From Candidatus Hydrogenedentota bacterium (GTDB taxonomy: Bacteria > Hydrogenedentota > Hydrogenedentia > Hydrogenedentales > SLHB01): a stretch of 64,000 bases of DNA. The notes below the pieces were generated by a model. The model had not been told where the DNA came from and did not search any database. It saw only the letters and a program-made list of their open reading frames with translations. Location: positions 320,001-384,000 of the forward strand of contig CAXXYE010000004.1 in NCBI GenBank assembly GCA_963674865.2, written 5' to 3'. The translations under genes and the position numbers were made by a program. Of the stretch, positions 10,079 to 19,561 are shown one piece after another (the stretch's first letter is position 1; each line of letters begins with the position of its first letter).

Positions 10079-11110
10079 ATGGCGGTGCGTGTAGGTTTCA
10101 TCGGTGCGGGCGGCAACGCCAATTGGCATATGGATTCCCTCAAGAAAGTACCTGAGGCCGAGATCGTGGGCGTTGCGGACATTGCCTTCGATAAGGCCCA
10201 AGCGGCGGCCGAGAAGCATGGGGCCAAGCCCTACGCCAGCCATAAGGCCATGCTGGCGGATCAGGCGCTCGATTGCTGCTACATATCGATCCCGCCCTAC
10301 CAGCACGGCGAACCTGAAATCGATGTTATTCAGAAGGCGCTGCCATTCTTTGTCGAGAAGCCTTTGGCATTGAACGCCGAGCTCTGCGCGGACATTGCCG
10401 AGCGCGTCGAGCGTGCCGGCATCGGCACCTGCGTCGGCTACCAGATCCGCTATCTCGACATCATGGACAAGGCCAAGGAGATGCTGGCCGACGCTTTCAT
10501 CACGACGGCGCAAGGCTACTACGTCTGCGGGGCCATTGGCGGCTGGTATACGCGCATGGCGCTCTCCGGAGGGCAGATTACGGAGCAGGCCACGCATATG
10601 ATTGACCTCATGCGCTTCCTCCTGGGAGATGTGGCCTGGGTGGCCGCGACGAAGCGGCAAGGCGCGGTAGTGGGCGCCGACTCGCTCGATGCGACGGCGT
10701 TGGGGGCGGGGTCGGCCTCATCGGCCGCCGCCGGCTTGGAGTTACACCGATACAACATCTGGGACGCCACCTCCCTGCTCATGCAGTTTGAATCCGGCGT
10801 TCCCGCGAATTTCACCTGTTCCTGCCAGGTCAAGTACCTGTTCGAGGTGCTCTTGGATATCTTCACAACGGATTTCCGCCTCAAGATAGACTTCGACAAG
10901 ATGGAGATCATCCGGAAAGTAGATGGGGAAGTGAAAAGGGAGGTTGTCAAGGCGGACGCCTCGCGAAGCATCGACGGCGTTTTCATCGATGCGGTCCGTA
11001 CCAATGATTTCTCCGCCGTTCGCAGTGACTACGCGGACGCCGTGAAGAGCCTCGAAATCTCCTTTGCTGCTGTTGAGGCCGCGCGGACCTGCGCTCCCGT
11101 CCAGCTCTGA
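10079..11110 (+). CDS. Cytoplasmic Gfo/Idh/MocA family oxidoreductase
   Basis: VGFIGAGG, FVEKP and EQATHMID motifs. Confidence 0.88.
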   Translation: MAVRVGFIGAGGNANWHMDSLKKVPEAEIVGVADIAFDKAQAAAEKHGAKPYASHKAMLADQALDCCYISIPPYQHGEPEIDVIQKALPFFVEKPLALNAELCADIAERVERAGIGTCVGYQIRYLDIMDKAKEMLADAFITTAQGYYVCGAIGGWYTRMALSGGQITEQATHMIDLMRFLLGDVAWVAATKRQGAVVGADSLDATALGAGSASSAAAGLELHRYNIWDATSLLMQFESGVPANFTCSCQVKYLFEVLLDIFTTDFRLKIDFDKMEIIRKVDGEVKREVVKADASRSIDGVFIDAVRTNDFSAVRSDYADAVKSLEISFAAVEAARTCAPVQL

Positions 11111-11337
11111 CGCCGCTGTGCCATAAGGTATTGTTATGTAATGTTTTCCGGTTTCTTGCAGCGCCTGTTGAGCCGGTCCATGGGCGGTAGGTGCGTGAAA
11201 CAGAGTTCTGGAAAGTCGTGGGCGTCCTGGGCTGTTTTCGGATTGCCCTTGTTTTCCCGTTGGATGTTTTCTCCTGTTTGCAATCATTGTTGCGCGCTCG
11301 TAGAATGGTGCGAAATATGGAAGTGAGGAGAATAAGT

Positions 11338-11559
11338 ATGAGTACCAGAACCATCGCCGTGATTGTTTTGCTGCTCTTCGTCGGCTGCCTCATGTTGGCC
11401 GTCTTCACGGAACAGGCTAAAGCGGTCCAAGGGGGATATGACCCTATGGCCGACGCCAACAAGAAGGACAAGCCAAAGGCGCACAAGACGGAGCTGTGGA
11501 AGATGGCAGTCGGTTTCGGTTCGATTTTCGTGATGATAGCCGTGATGAAGTGGCTTTGA
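11338..11559 (+). CDS. Small 73-aa membrane protein (signal peptide plus C-terminal TM helix)
   Basis: GAGGAG RBS; MSTRTIAVIVLLLFVGCLMLAVFTEQAKA...MAVGFGSIFVMIAVMKWL. Confidence 0.65.
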   Translation: MSTRTIAVIVLLLFVGCLMLAVFTEQAKAVQGGYDPMADANKKDKPKAHKTELWKMAVGFGSIFVMIAVMKWL

Positions 11560-11643
11560 GTTCGCCTTGCTGCTGCTTTGAGTGAGCAAGACAATAGGGG
11601 AACGCGGGACATGGCTTTCTGCCGAAATAGCGCCGGGGGAGAT

Positions 11644-12975
11644 GTGGGCCAACGAATCCTTATCCTCGATGACGAGCCCAATATAATTGAGATTCTTAGC
11701 CAGCACCTTGAGGCCGAGGGCTACACATGCGGGAGTACGACGTCCCCGAAAGAGGCACTGGACCTGATTGACAGGGAGTCCTTTGCTCTTCTTATAACCG
11801 ACCTCAAGATGCCGGAGATGCATGGCAACGAGGTCGTGTCGCGCGTCAAGGCAAAACAAGCGGACGTAGCTATCATCGTCGTTACGGCCCTGATGGAAGT
11901 GACCAATGCGGTCGACGCGCTACGCGCAGGCGCCGATGACTACCTCCTGAAGCCTTTCAACCTGGCCGAGATCACGGTTTCCGTGTCTAAGGCGCTTGAG
12001 AAGCGCCGGCTCCTCATCGAGAACCGTGAATACCAGCGCCAGCTTGAGACGCGTGTGCGTGAGGCCACCCAGGACCTAGAGCGTACCAACCGCGAACTCC
12101 GCGAGACGAAAGAGTACCTTGAGAGCCTGTTTCACAGCACGCTCGACGCGATTTTCACGGTTGATCCCGAGGGCCAGGTTAGCTTCGTCAACGAGGGCAC
12201 CGTGCTGCTGCTGGGATATTCACGGGAGGAATGCCTGGGGGCTCCGGCTAGCCGGTTCTATCTTGGCGGTGCGGATGAGGCGCGACACATAGGTCGTTTG
12301 CTTGAAAGCCAGCAATCTCTCAGGAGCTACGAGACGGAATTCAGGCATAAGGACGGCTCGGTAATCCCCGTCAATGTGTCCGTTTCTCAAGTCAAGGGGC
12401 CGAGCGGGGAAATCACTTCGACGTTGATGATCTGCAAGGATATCACGGAGCAGAAGCGCCTCGAGCAACAGCTCAAGGAGATATCCATCAAGGACAGCCT
12501 CACGGGCTTGTTCAATCAGGGCTACTTCTATGACCGGCTCGAGGCCGAGATCGAGCGTGCCCGGCGCCAAAGCCATCCCCTGTCGCTTGTACTTTTCGAT
12601 ATCGATCAGTTCAAGACGTATAACGATTGCCACGGGCATCTCGAAGGCGACAAGGTGCTCATGACGGCCGGGCAGGTCGTCATGGAGTGCACCCGTGAAC
12701 ACGTCGACTTAGGTTTTCGCTACGGGGGCGACGAGTTTACCGTGATCCTTCCTGAGGCGGACGAAGAGCAGGCGCGCAGCATCTCTGAGCGTATTCGAAG
12801 CACCTTCGAGGGGAAGCACTTCGATGGGCTTACCCTGAGTCTCGGATTGATGTCGTATCGACAGGGCTATTCCCTCAGAACGTTCATCCAGTTTGCCGAT
12901 GCCATGATGTACGATGCAAAACGCTCCGGGGGGAATCGTGTATATGTTCACAAACCTGAGACAGAGTTTTCGTAA
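11644..12975 (+). CDS. REC-PAS-GGDEF diguanylate cyclase
   Basis: ILILDDE...LITDLKMP...DYLLKP receiver, PAS region, DSLTGLFN and RYGGDEF motifs. Start could also be ATG 11611. Confidence 0.9.
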   Translation: MGQRILILDDEPNIIEILSQHLEAEGYTCGSTTSPKEALDLIDRESFALLITDLKMPEMHGNEVVSRVKAKQADVAIIVVTALMEVTNAVDALRAGADDYLLKPFNLAEITVSVSKALEKRRLLIENREYQRQLETRVREATQDLERTNRELRETKEYLESLFHSTLDAIFTVDPEGQVSFVNEGTVLLLGYSREECLGAPASRFYLGGADEARHIGRLLESQQSLRSYETEFRHKDGSVIPVNVSVSQVKGPSGEITSTLMICKDITEQKRLEQQLKEISIKDSLTGLFNQGYFYDRLEAEIERARRQSHPLSLVLFDIDQFKTYNDCHGHLEGDKVLMTAGQVVMECTREHVDLGFRYGGDEFTVILPEADEEQARSISERIRSTFEGKHFDGLTLSLGLMSYRQGYSLRTFIQFADAMMYDAKRSGGNRVYVHKPETEFS

Positions 12976-13001
12976 AGAATGAAGGAAGTGAGCGCTGGTT
13001 G

Positions 13002-13814
13002 ATGAAATTCGGTATCTGTAACGAGATTTTCAAGGAATGGAATGATATTGAGCGCACCATTGACTACGTGAAGGAGGTGGGCTACGACGGCCTTGAGGTG
13101 GCCCCGTTCACGCTGGCAACCCGTGTCACGGAAATCGACGACGCTACGCGTAAGAAGATTGTCAAGCGCGCCGAAGCGGCTGATTTGGATATTCTCGGCA
13201 TCCATTGGGTGCTCGTGGGGCCCGATGATGTCTACATCAATCACCCCGACAAGGAGGTCCGTGACCGCACGGCCCAGTATCTCATCGACTTGGCGCGGTT
13301 CTGCGGCGACATCGGCGGAAAGGTCATGATCTTCGGCTCGCCCAAGCAGCGCAATGTGCATGAATCGCTCACCTATGAGCAGGCCTTCGACTTCACCGCC
13401 GAGGCGTTTGAGCGCGCCATGCCTGCCTGCGAGGAGCAGGATGTTACTGTCTGCATGGAGCCGTTGACTCACCTTGAGACGAATTTCTGCCAGTCGGCCG
13501 CCGAGACCGTAAAGCTTATCGAGCGGGTGAATCACCCGAAATTCCAGCTCCTGCTTGATACGAAGGCGATGACCTTCGAGGAGGAGGACCGGGCGGCGCT
13601 GATCCGCAAGTACGCGAAGTACCTTGCTCACTATCACGCCAATGACGAGAACATGAACGGCCCGGGCTGGGGGGATGTCGATTTCGCGCCGATTTTCGAG
13701 GCCCTTCAGGAAATAGACTACCAGGGCTATGCATCGGTCGAGGTCTTCAAGTTCGAGCCGGGGCCTGAGGCCATTGCCGCCAAGAGCCTGGAATACATGA
13801 AGCAGTTTGTATAG
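13002..13814 (+). CDS. Sugar phosphate isomerase/epimerase (AP_endonuc_2 TIM barrel, tagatose/psicose 3-epimerase-like)
   Basis: GYDGLEVAP, MEPL, LLDT, HYHAND and SVEVF metal-ligand pattern. Confidence 0.85.
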   Translation: MKFGICNEIFKEWNDIERTIDYVKEVGYDGLEVAPFTLATRVTEIDDATRKKIVKRAEAADLDILGIHWVLVGPDDVYINHPDKEVRDRTAQYLIDLARFCGDIGGKVMIFGSPKQRNVHESLTYEQAFDFTAEAFERAMPACEEQDVTVCMEPLTHLETNFCQSAAETVKLIERVNHPKFQLLLDTKAMTFEEEDRAALIRKYAKYLAHYHANDENMNGPGWGDVDFAPIFEALQEIDYQGYASVEVFKFEPGPEAIAAKSLEYMKQFV

Positions 13815-13903
13815 CCGTTGCTCCGGGCCTGTATGTGACCTAGGACTCCCCGTCCCACATGAATTGCGTGTAGTCTCGCTGTGCGGCTGTGAGAAAAGCA
13901 GGT

Positions 13904-14905
13904 TTAGTCTGCTGTGATGATTGGTTTGAAGACAACGACGGGGGTGTCTTCAAATGCCTTTTCCAGGCGGGCGAAACCTGCATCATCCTCGTAGGAGCCG
14001 ACAATGGCGCCGCCCGAGCCGGCGAACTTGGCGTGAGCACCGGCCGCACGAGCACGATCAACCATGTCGACATCGAGCGGGTCGATTGCGTAGATTGAGC
14101 GGCGTAGGTCGAAGTTCTTGTCGAGCCACGGCCCAATCTCTTGACCGCGGCCCGCGATGAGTAGATTCCGGGCCTCCTGAGCATACTGGGCGAACTGATT
14201 CATGGCCTCGACCACCTCCGGGTCATTCATCAACCACCGTTCGCGGATGTTGTTGTGGAACACTTCCGAACCCTCGGCGGCGTCTGCTCTGTAGGCGATG
14301 AAGAGGTGCGGCAGCAGGTCGGGGGAAACACGTTCGTAGCGGCCATAGCCGCGGGACTCCATCAAGGTCCGGTCGAAGTCCATAAACACGCAGTCCTCAT
14401 AGACTTGGACGACTCGGTCCTGAAGCCCTGCGGAGATGCCAAGTTCCTTATTCTCGACGCTTAGGATGAGGTTGGGCTGCTCTTCGCGAGGCACAGTGAT
14501 CTCGTAGAAATCCATCAAGCACCTCAAAGTGGCTGTGACGAGCGCGCTCGAGCCGGCAAGTCCGACGCGTCGGGGAATGGTCGAGCGATAGCGAATCGAG
14601 AAGTTCCGGTCGTGAAGGGGCAATCCCTGCTCGTCACAGTAGTCCACGAAGCGGCGAATGGTGGACTTCATGAGGCGGATGCCACCGTAATAGCCTTGGG
14701 CCTTCACGTCTTCCACCAAGTCCCGTATAGAGGCGTATTGGGAGCGATCTTGGAGGCTTGGGACTATCTCCAGTTCCGGATGCTCATAAAGACTGACCTT
14801 GGCTGCGAAATCGCGAATGGCGAAACTGATCGTTTTGCCGAAATAGCCATCCGACGGGTTTCCAATCAAACCGGCCCGGGCATAGGCCACCGCCTCGTAC
14901 GCCAT
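13904..14905 (-). CDS. GHMP kinase, glucuronokinase-like
   Basis: ARAGLIGNPSDGYFGKTIS, IPRRVGLAGSSA, AGLQDRV and KFAGSGGAIVG motifs. Confidence 0.8.
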   Translation of the reverse strand: MAYEAVAYARAGLIGNPSDGYFGKTISFAIRDFAAKVSLYEHPELEIVPSLQDRSQYASIRDLVEDVKAQGYYGGIRLMKSTIRRFVDYCDEQGLPLHDRNFSIRYRSTIPRRVGLAGSSALVTATLRCLMDFYEITVPREEQPNLILSVENKELGISAGLQDRVVQVYEDCVFMDFDRTLMESRGYGRYERVSPDLLPHLFIAYRADAAEGSEVFHNNIRERWLMNDPEVVEAMNQFAQYAQEARNLLIAGRGQEIGPWLDKNFDLRRSIYAIDPLDVDMVDRARAAGAHAKFAGSGGAIVGSYEDDAGFARLEKAFEDTPVVVFKPIITAD

Positions 14906-15696
14906 GATTTTCCCCTTTCCACTTCATCCGGGACAGTTGTCAAGAATACCGAACAAGGGACGGCGCGTCAAACTGTTGGGCGAGTTGGTGTTGTCATGGT
15001 TGGTACTGTGCATGGTCTAAGTTATTGTCAGGAAGGGCGTTGGCGGTGGGCAAGCTTCGCCGCTTTGAGTGAGGACTTCTGAGGGCAAGATGCTTCCGCA
15101 GGACACTCATAGCGCCGTGCCCGGCTGTTGCTGAAGTGGGGTCTCCTTAGCGTTCGACTTGTTGGACCTTCGCACATGAAGTGTGCAATAATGAGTTTGC
15201 TTGGGCGGGGCGTCTGAGGCCATCAGGCGTTTCTCGCGTGGAAGCAACTGAGCCTTAGAGAGCGTGCCGGAAGGGCAACTTGAAGGTATGTCTCGGCTCT
15301 TAGCGCTAAGGGGCAGAGCAAAGGCGGGGCATAGGTCTTACGGACCGGCCATCAGTTGCGTGACAGACTGATTGCTGACAGGCTACAAGGGCGCTGTCCT
15401 TACCGGTTTCATGACTCCAGGTGTTCGCAACTGGTTGTAGTATAGTATCTTGTGGACTCTGGCTCGGTACTTGGCTTCTGGTGAGACCGCCAGGAACATT
15501 TGGGCACGGCAGGTAGGGGAAGTCAAGTATATATCGGGACAGCGGGCGATTTAGGGGCGAATGGAATCGATCTTGAGACGAATATGGCTCAAATCGCCGC
15601 GAACAAACCGAAGCCCGAGGAGGAACGGGGCCAACTGAGCGGCAGTGCAGCCCATTGGGAAACAGCGAGAGCGAGATATCGCGAAAGGAGGAGACT

Positions 15697-17574
15697 GTGA
15701 GCGGGGCATATGAGGCTATTCTACGGGCCACTCTCAGCGAGGAGAGTCTTGAGAAGCTGATGCGGCTTCCCAACCCTAAGCTTCATCAATTCGTCGCGGA
15801 TGCCGTGGAGCTCTGCAAGCCTGACGCGGTGTTCGTGTGCACGGACGCCCCGGCAGACATCGCTTACATAAGGCAGCGTGCTATTGAGACGGGGGAGGAG
15901 ACTCCGCTCGCCATCGAGGGCCACACGGTGCACTTCGATGGGTACCACGACCAAGCACGCGATAAGGCCAACACCAAATACCTTGTCCCGGCGGGACTTG
16001 ACCTGGGCGTCAACCTGAATTCGACCGCCAAGGACGACGGCCTTGCCGAGGTCAGGGAGTACCTGAAGGATAGTATGGCCGGGCGCGAGGCGCTTGTGCG
16101 TTTCTTCTGTTTGGGGCCGGTGAACTCCGAATTCTCGATTGCAGGCGTTCAGATTACAGACTCCGCCTACGTGGCCCATAGTGAGGATCTTCTGTATCGC
16201 CAAGGCTATGAGTACTTCAGGAGTATCGGCGATTCCGGTGATTTCTTCTGCGTTCTACACTCTTCAGGTGAGACGGAGAATTGCGTCAGCGTCAACGTGG
16301 ATAAGAGGCGGGTCTACATTGACATTGAAGACGAGATTGTCTACAGCGTGAACACGCAGTACGGCGGGAACACGATAGGCTTCAAGAAACTCGCGCTCCG
16401 CCTGGCGATCAGGAAGGCTGACCGCGAAGACTGGCTCGCCGAGCACATGTTTGTTATGGGCGTGCACGGCCCCCAAGAGCGCGTCACCTACTTCAGCGGG
16501 GCGTTTCCGAGCGCATGCGGCAAGACCTCGACGGCCATGCTGCCCGGCGAGACGATCATCGGCGACGACATCGCCTACATTCGCAATGTGGACGGGCAGG
16601 CCCGGGCGGTCAACGTTGAATTCGGAATCTTCGGGATCATCCAGGATGTAAATCCTAACGACGATCCGGTCATCAACAACGTGTTGACAACGCCCGGCGA
16701 GGTCATATTCTCGAACATCCTTGTCAAGGACAAGCGCCCCTACTGGCTCGGCATGGGATGTGAAATACCTTCCGATGGCGTCAATTACTCCGGAGAATGG
16801 TGCGCCGGCAAGAAGGATGCGGATGGAAAGGAGATCTCGCCAGCCCATAAGAATGCGCGGTACACCGTTTCCTTGGAAGCGTTGGCGAATCTGGATTCCC
16901 GCGCCGATGATCCCGCCGGCGTGCCGATACGCGGCATTGTATACGGCGGGCGCGACTCGAACACCTGGGTTCCGGTGCAGCAGTCGCTCGATTGGTCGCA
17001 CGGCGTCATTACCATGGGCGCCAGCTTGGAGTCGGAGACGACAGCGGCGGCGCTGGGACAGGAAGGCGTTCGCTCGCACCAGCCAATGTCGAACCTCGAT
17101 TTCGTCTCTATCACGCTCGGGCGCTATGTCCAGAACCATCTTGACTTTGGGCAGACGCTTGCGCAGACGCCCCTGATCTTCGCGGTCAACTACTTCCTGA
17201 AAGATGACGACGGGGCCTATCTTAACGGCATGGGCGACAAAGGGGTCTGGATGAAGTGGATGGAGCGCCGGGTGCATCAGGACGTAGGGGCCATTGAGGC
17301 GCCGACGGGTTTCATTCCGCTCTATGAGGATTTGAAGGTCCTCTTCAGCGAGCTTCTTAACACGGACTACACGAAGGAGCACTACGACGAGCAGTTCGCG
17401 ATACGCGTGCCGGAGAACCTGGCGAAATTGGAGCGGATAGAAGCCATCTATCGGAAGGGCGCCGCTGATGTGCCCGACCTTCTCTTCCAGGTACTTGAGG
17501 CCCAGCGCGTTAGGCTGGTCAATGCTCAGAAGAAGTACGGCGACAGAGTGGCGCCTTCCGCGCTGTGTAAGTAG
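15697..17574 (+). CDS. pckG: Phosphoenolpyruvate carboxykinase (GTP)
   Basis: YGGNTIGFKK, WLAEHM, GAFPSACGKT, IGDDIAY and YGGRD motifs; AGGAGG RBS before GTG 15697. Confidence 0.93.
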   Translation: MSGAYEAILRATLSEESLEKLMRLPNPKLHQFVADAVELCKPDAVFVCTDAPADIAYIRQRAIETGEETPLAIEGHTVHFDGYHDQARDKANTKYLVPAGLDLGVNLNSTAKDDGLAEVREYLKDSMAGREALVRFFCLGPVNSEFSIAGVQITDSAYVAHSEDLLYRQGYEYFRSIGDSGDFFCVLHSSGETENCVSVNVDKRRVYIDIEDEIVYSVNTQYGGNTIGFKKLALRLAIRKADREDWLAEHMFVMGVHGPQERVTYFSGAFPSACGKTSTAMLPGETIIGDDIAYIRNVDGQARAVNVEFGIFGIIQDVNPNDDPVINNVLTTPGEVIFSNILVKDKRPYWLGMGCEIPSDGVNYSGEWCAGKKDADGKEISPAHKNARYTVSLEALANLDSRADDPAGVPIRGIVYGGRDSNTWVPVQQSLDWSHGVITMGASLESETTAAALGQEGVRSHQPMSNLDFVSITLGRYVQNHLDFGQTLAQTPLIFAVNYFLKDDDGAYLNGMGDKGVWMKWMERRVHQDVGAIEAPTGFIPLYEDLKVLFSELLNTDYTKEHYDEQFAIRVPENLAKLERIEAIYRKGAADVPDLLFQVLEAQRVRLVNAQKKYGDRVAPSALCK

Positions 17575-17728
17575 AGGTCGCGAAACAGGTTGGGTGACTC
17601 GCAACGGACTCAGGACGGGAGTCGTAGGTTAGCGCGGCTTGAGCAAGGCGGGGCACGGTCTTCACTGCAAGCGGCACCGTTAAGCCGGCTTCTGGCAAGG
17701 GACTTTGAGTGGAGTTGAAACAACCCCT

Positions 17729-17755
17729 TTGCAAAAGAGTATAGTAGTGTATAAT
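17729..17755 (+). promoter_or_regulatory. Putative sigma70 promoter of the two small peptide genes
   Basis: AT-rich patch with TTGCAA...TATAAT (perfect -10, short 15-nt spacer). Confidence 0.5.
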
Positions 17756-17804
17756 AATTGACAAGGTACGGTGTGGACCGTGGCGATAGAGGAGAAGCTT
17801 ACAC

Positions 17805-17951
17805 ATGAAACACGCGATCGTGATTTCGCGTCTGCCGCAACGGGCTCAGACAGGCGACACTGACATCCCTGATGAGAAGTACGAACTGTGGGAGGCCTTG
17901 GTAGATCTGGGCATTGAGTATGCATTTAGGAAGACCGGTGGCGGCTTCTGA
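17805..17951 (+). CDS. Small peptide 1 (48 aa), unannotated
   Basis: AGAGGAG RBS; MKHAIVISRLPQRAQTGDTDIPDEKYELWEALVDLGIEYAFRKTGGGF; similar to the adjacent peptide. Confidence 0.7.
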   Translation: MKHAIVISRLPQRAQTGDTDIPDEKYELWEALVDLGIEYAFRKTGGGF

Positions 17952-17975
17952 AGCTGTTAGTGGGAGGGCCTCAAA

Positions 17976-18152
17976 ATGAAACACCGCAAGCACTGCGTGG
18001 CGATCTCGAGCGTACCTGCGGCAGGGCAAGATGATAATCTTGAGCAGAAGTACGAGAGCTTGACGAACATCGTATACGACCTTGCCTATGTTGGCCGGCA
18101 AGCGGACTGGGGAAAGATCCATCCGATAGACGACGACAACAACAACAATTGA
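17976..18152 (+). CDS. Small peptide 2 (58 aa), unannotated paralog of peptide 1
   Basis: GGGAGG RBS; MKHRKHCVAISSVPAAGQDDNLEQKYESLTNIVYDLAYVGRQADWGKIHPIDDDNNNN. Confidence 0.7.
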   Translation: MKHRKHCVAISSVPAAGQDDNLEQKYESLTNIVYDLAYVGRQADWGKIHPIDDDNNNN

Positions 18153-18196
18153 CGAGGCCGGCCAAGAGGTCAGGCATCGCAACATTTTTTTGTGCG

Positions 18197-18234
18197 ACCG
18201 GCTTCGCAGGCGTGGGCCTGCGAAGCCGGTTTTC
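18197..18234 (+). terminator. Intrinsic terminator between the convergent peptide and kinase units
   Basis: Perfect 15-bp stem accggcttcgcaggc-gtgg-gcctgcgaagccggt followed by TTTC. Confidence 0.8.
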
Positions 18235-18296
18235 TGTGCGGAAAGGGCTACAGGGCGGAGCGAAGGCGCTTGCCTGTTGGGCAAGAAAGGTGCTTT

Positions 18297-19136
18297 CTAG
18301 ATGCGGCTTCGGCCGATGGTGGCGAGCCGTATGCGAAGCTGGTCGCAGTCGTTGAAGCGGTTCTTGGGGTCCTTCTCGACCATCTTCATAATGACATCGC
18401 CGAGGTCAGGCGGGCATTGGGGATTGACTTGGTGAGGGTGATCCGGGGTGACATGGAGATGGCAGTGGTACAGTGCGTCCAGACTGTCCACCTGAAAGGG
18501 GAGGGCCCCGGTGAACATGAGATACAGCGCGATGCCGAGGGAGTAGATATCGCTCTGGGGGGTGGATTTCTGCTTTCTGATAAGCTCGGGGGCCACATAC
18601 ATCGGCGTAATCTGCTCATTGGCGCCGGGATCAAACAGTGACAAGAGATGCGAGCCGGACAGGGAGTAGTCCGTCAACTTTGCGACGCCTTTCCGAGTGA
18701 ACAAGATGTTGGACGGCTTCAGATCGTGGTGGGTAAATCCCTTCTCGTGGATGTACTGCAACCCGTTGCATATCTGAGCGATAATGACCAGCCGCTCCTG
18801 CAAGTTCCAGGGGCGGTTCTCGATGTACCATTTTAGGTCCGGCCCGTCAACGTATTCCAGCACGAGGCAGTTGCCCTCGTCACCCGTGATGAACTCCATG
18901 ACCTTGGTTACGTTAATATGGTCGAATTTACGAAACTTCTTGACGCTCCTTGTGAAGTCCTTCAGGTGCAGTCGATTACGGAAGAAATTGGCCCGGAATA
19001 GCTTGACGGCTACCACGTTGCCCGACTTCTCGTCAATGGCTCGGTAGACGGTGCCGGAGCCCCCTTTGCCAAGGGTGCGGTCCAGCCGGAACCTGTAGAG
19101 CTTTGGCCTGTCCGGCAGTTTGAGGTCTTCGCTCAT
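18297..19136 (-). CDS. Stand-alone Hanks-type Ser/Thr protein kinase
   Basis: LGKGGSGTVY, VAVK, HHDLKPSN, KLTDYSL, YVAPE and SDIYSLG motifs. Confidence 0.88.
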   Translation of the reverse strand: MSEDLKLPDRPKLYRFRLDRTLGKGGSGTVYRAIDEKSGNVVAVKLFRANFFRNRLHLKDFTRSVKKFRKFDHINVTKVMEFITGDEGNCLVLEYVDGPDLKWYIENRPWNLQERLVIIAQICNGLQYIHEKGFTHHDLKPSNILFTRKGVAKLTDYSLSGSHLLSLFDPGANEQITPMYVAPELIRKQKSTPQSDIYSLGIALYLMFTGALPFQVDSLDALYHCHLHVTPDHPHQVNPQCPPDLGDVIMKMVEKDPKNRFNDCDQLRIRLATIGRSRI

Positions 19137-19146
19137 AGTACGGATC

Positions 19147-19545
19147 TCATCGAGGTTGCGGGACATCCAACTCAAGGTCGATACGGGGGGCGTCGGCCCA
19201 CAAGCCGTCCAAATCGTAAAACTCCCGCGCCTCCGTCCTGAAGATATGGACAATGATGGCGCCGTAGTCGAGCACCAACCAGCCGCCCGTCGACTCGCCC
19301 TCCGCGTGCAAGGGGGCAATGCCGATGTCTTTCATGCCCACTTTGATCGTGTTGAGTATGGCTCGGAACTGGGGCTGGCTTGACGCGCCGCAAATGATAA
19401 GTGCATCGGCGACCAGTGTGAGGCCCCGAACGTCATAGGCGCGTATATCGGAGGCCTTGACATGATAGGCGAGGTCGGCGATCCGCCTGGTATTGGGCAT
19501 GAAATCGGGCTCAGATCGTTTGGTTTTGGCGACGAGTTTCCCCAA
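19147..19545 (-). CDS. rsfS: Ribosome silencing factor (iojap family)
   Basis: KASDIRAYDV, WLVLDYGAIIVHIF and REFYDLDGLW motifs. Confidence 0.9.
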   Translation of the reverse strand: MGKLVAKTKRSEPDFMPNTRRIADLAYHVKASDIRAYDVRGLTLVADALIICGASSQPQFRAILNTIKVGMKDIGIAPLHAEGESTGGWLVLDYGAIIVHIFRTEAREFYDLDGLWADAPRIDLELDVPQPR

Positions 19546-19561
19546 ATCGGACTACTTTCCT

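Noticed and set aside
18130..18149. (GAC)3(AAC)3 microsatellite as a separate element
   Set aside because: Explained as the DDDNNNN tail of small peptide 2.
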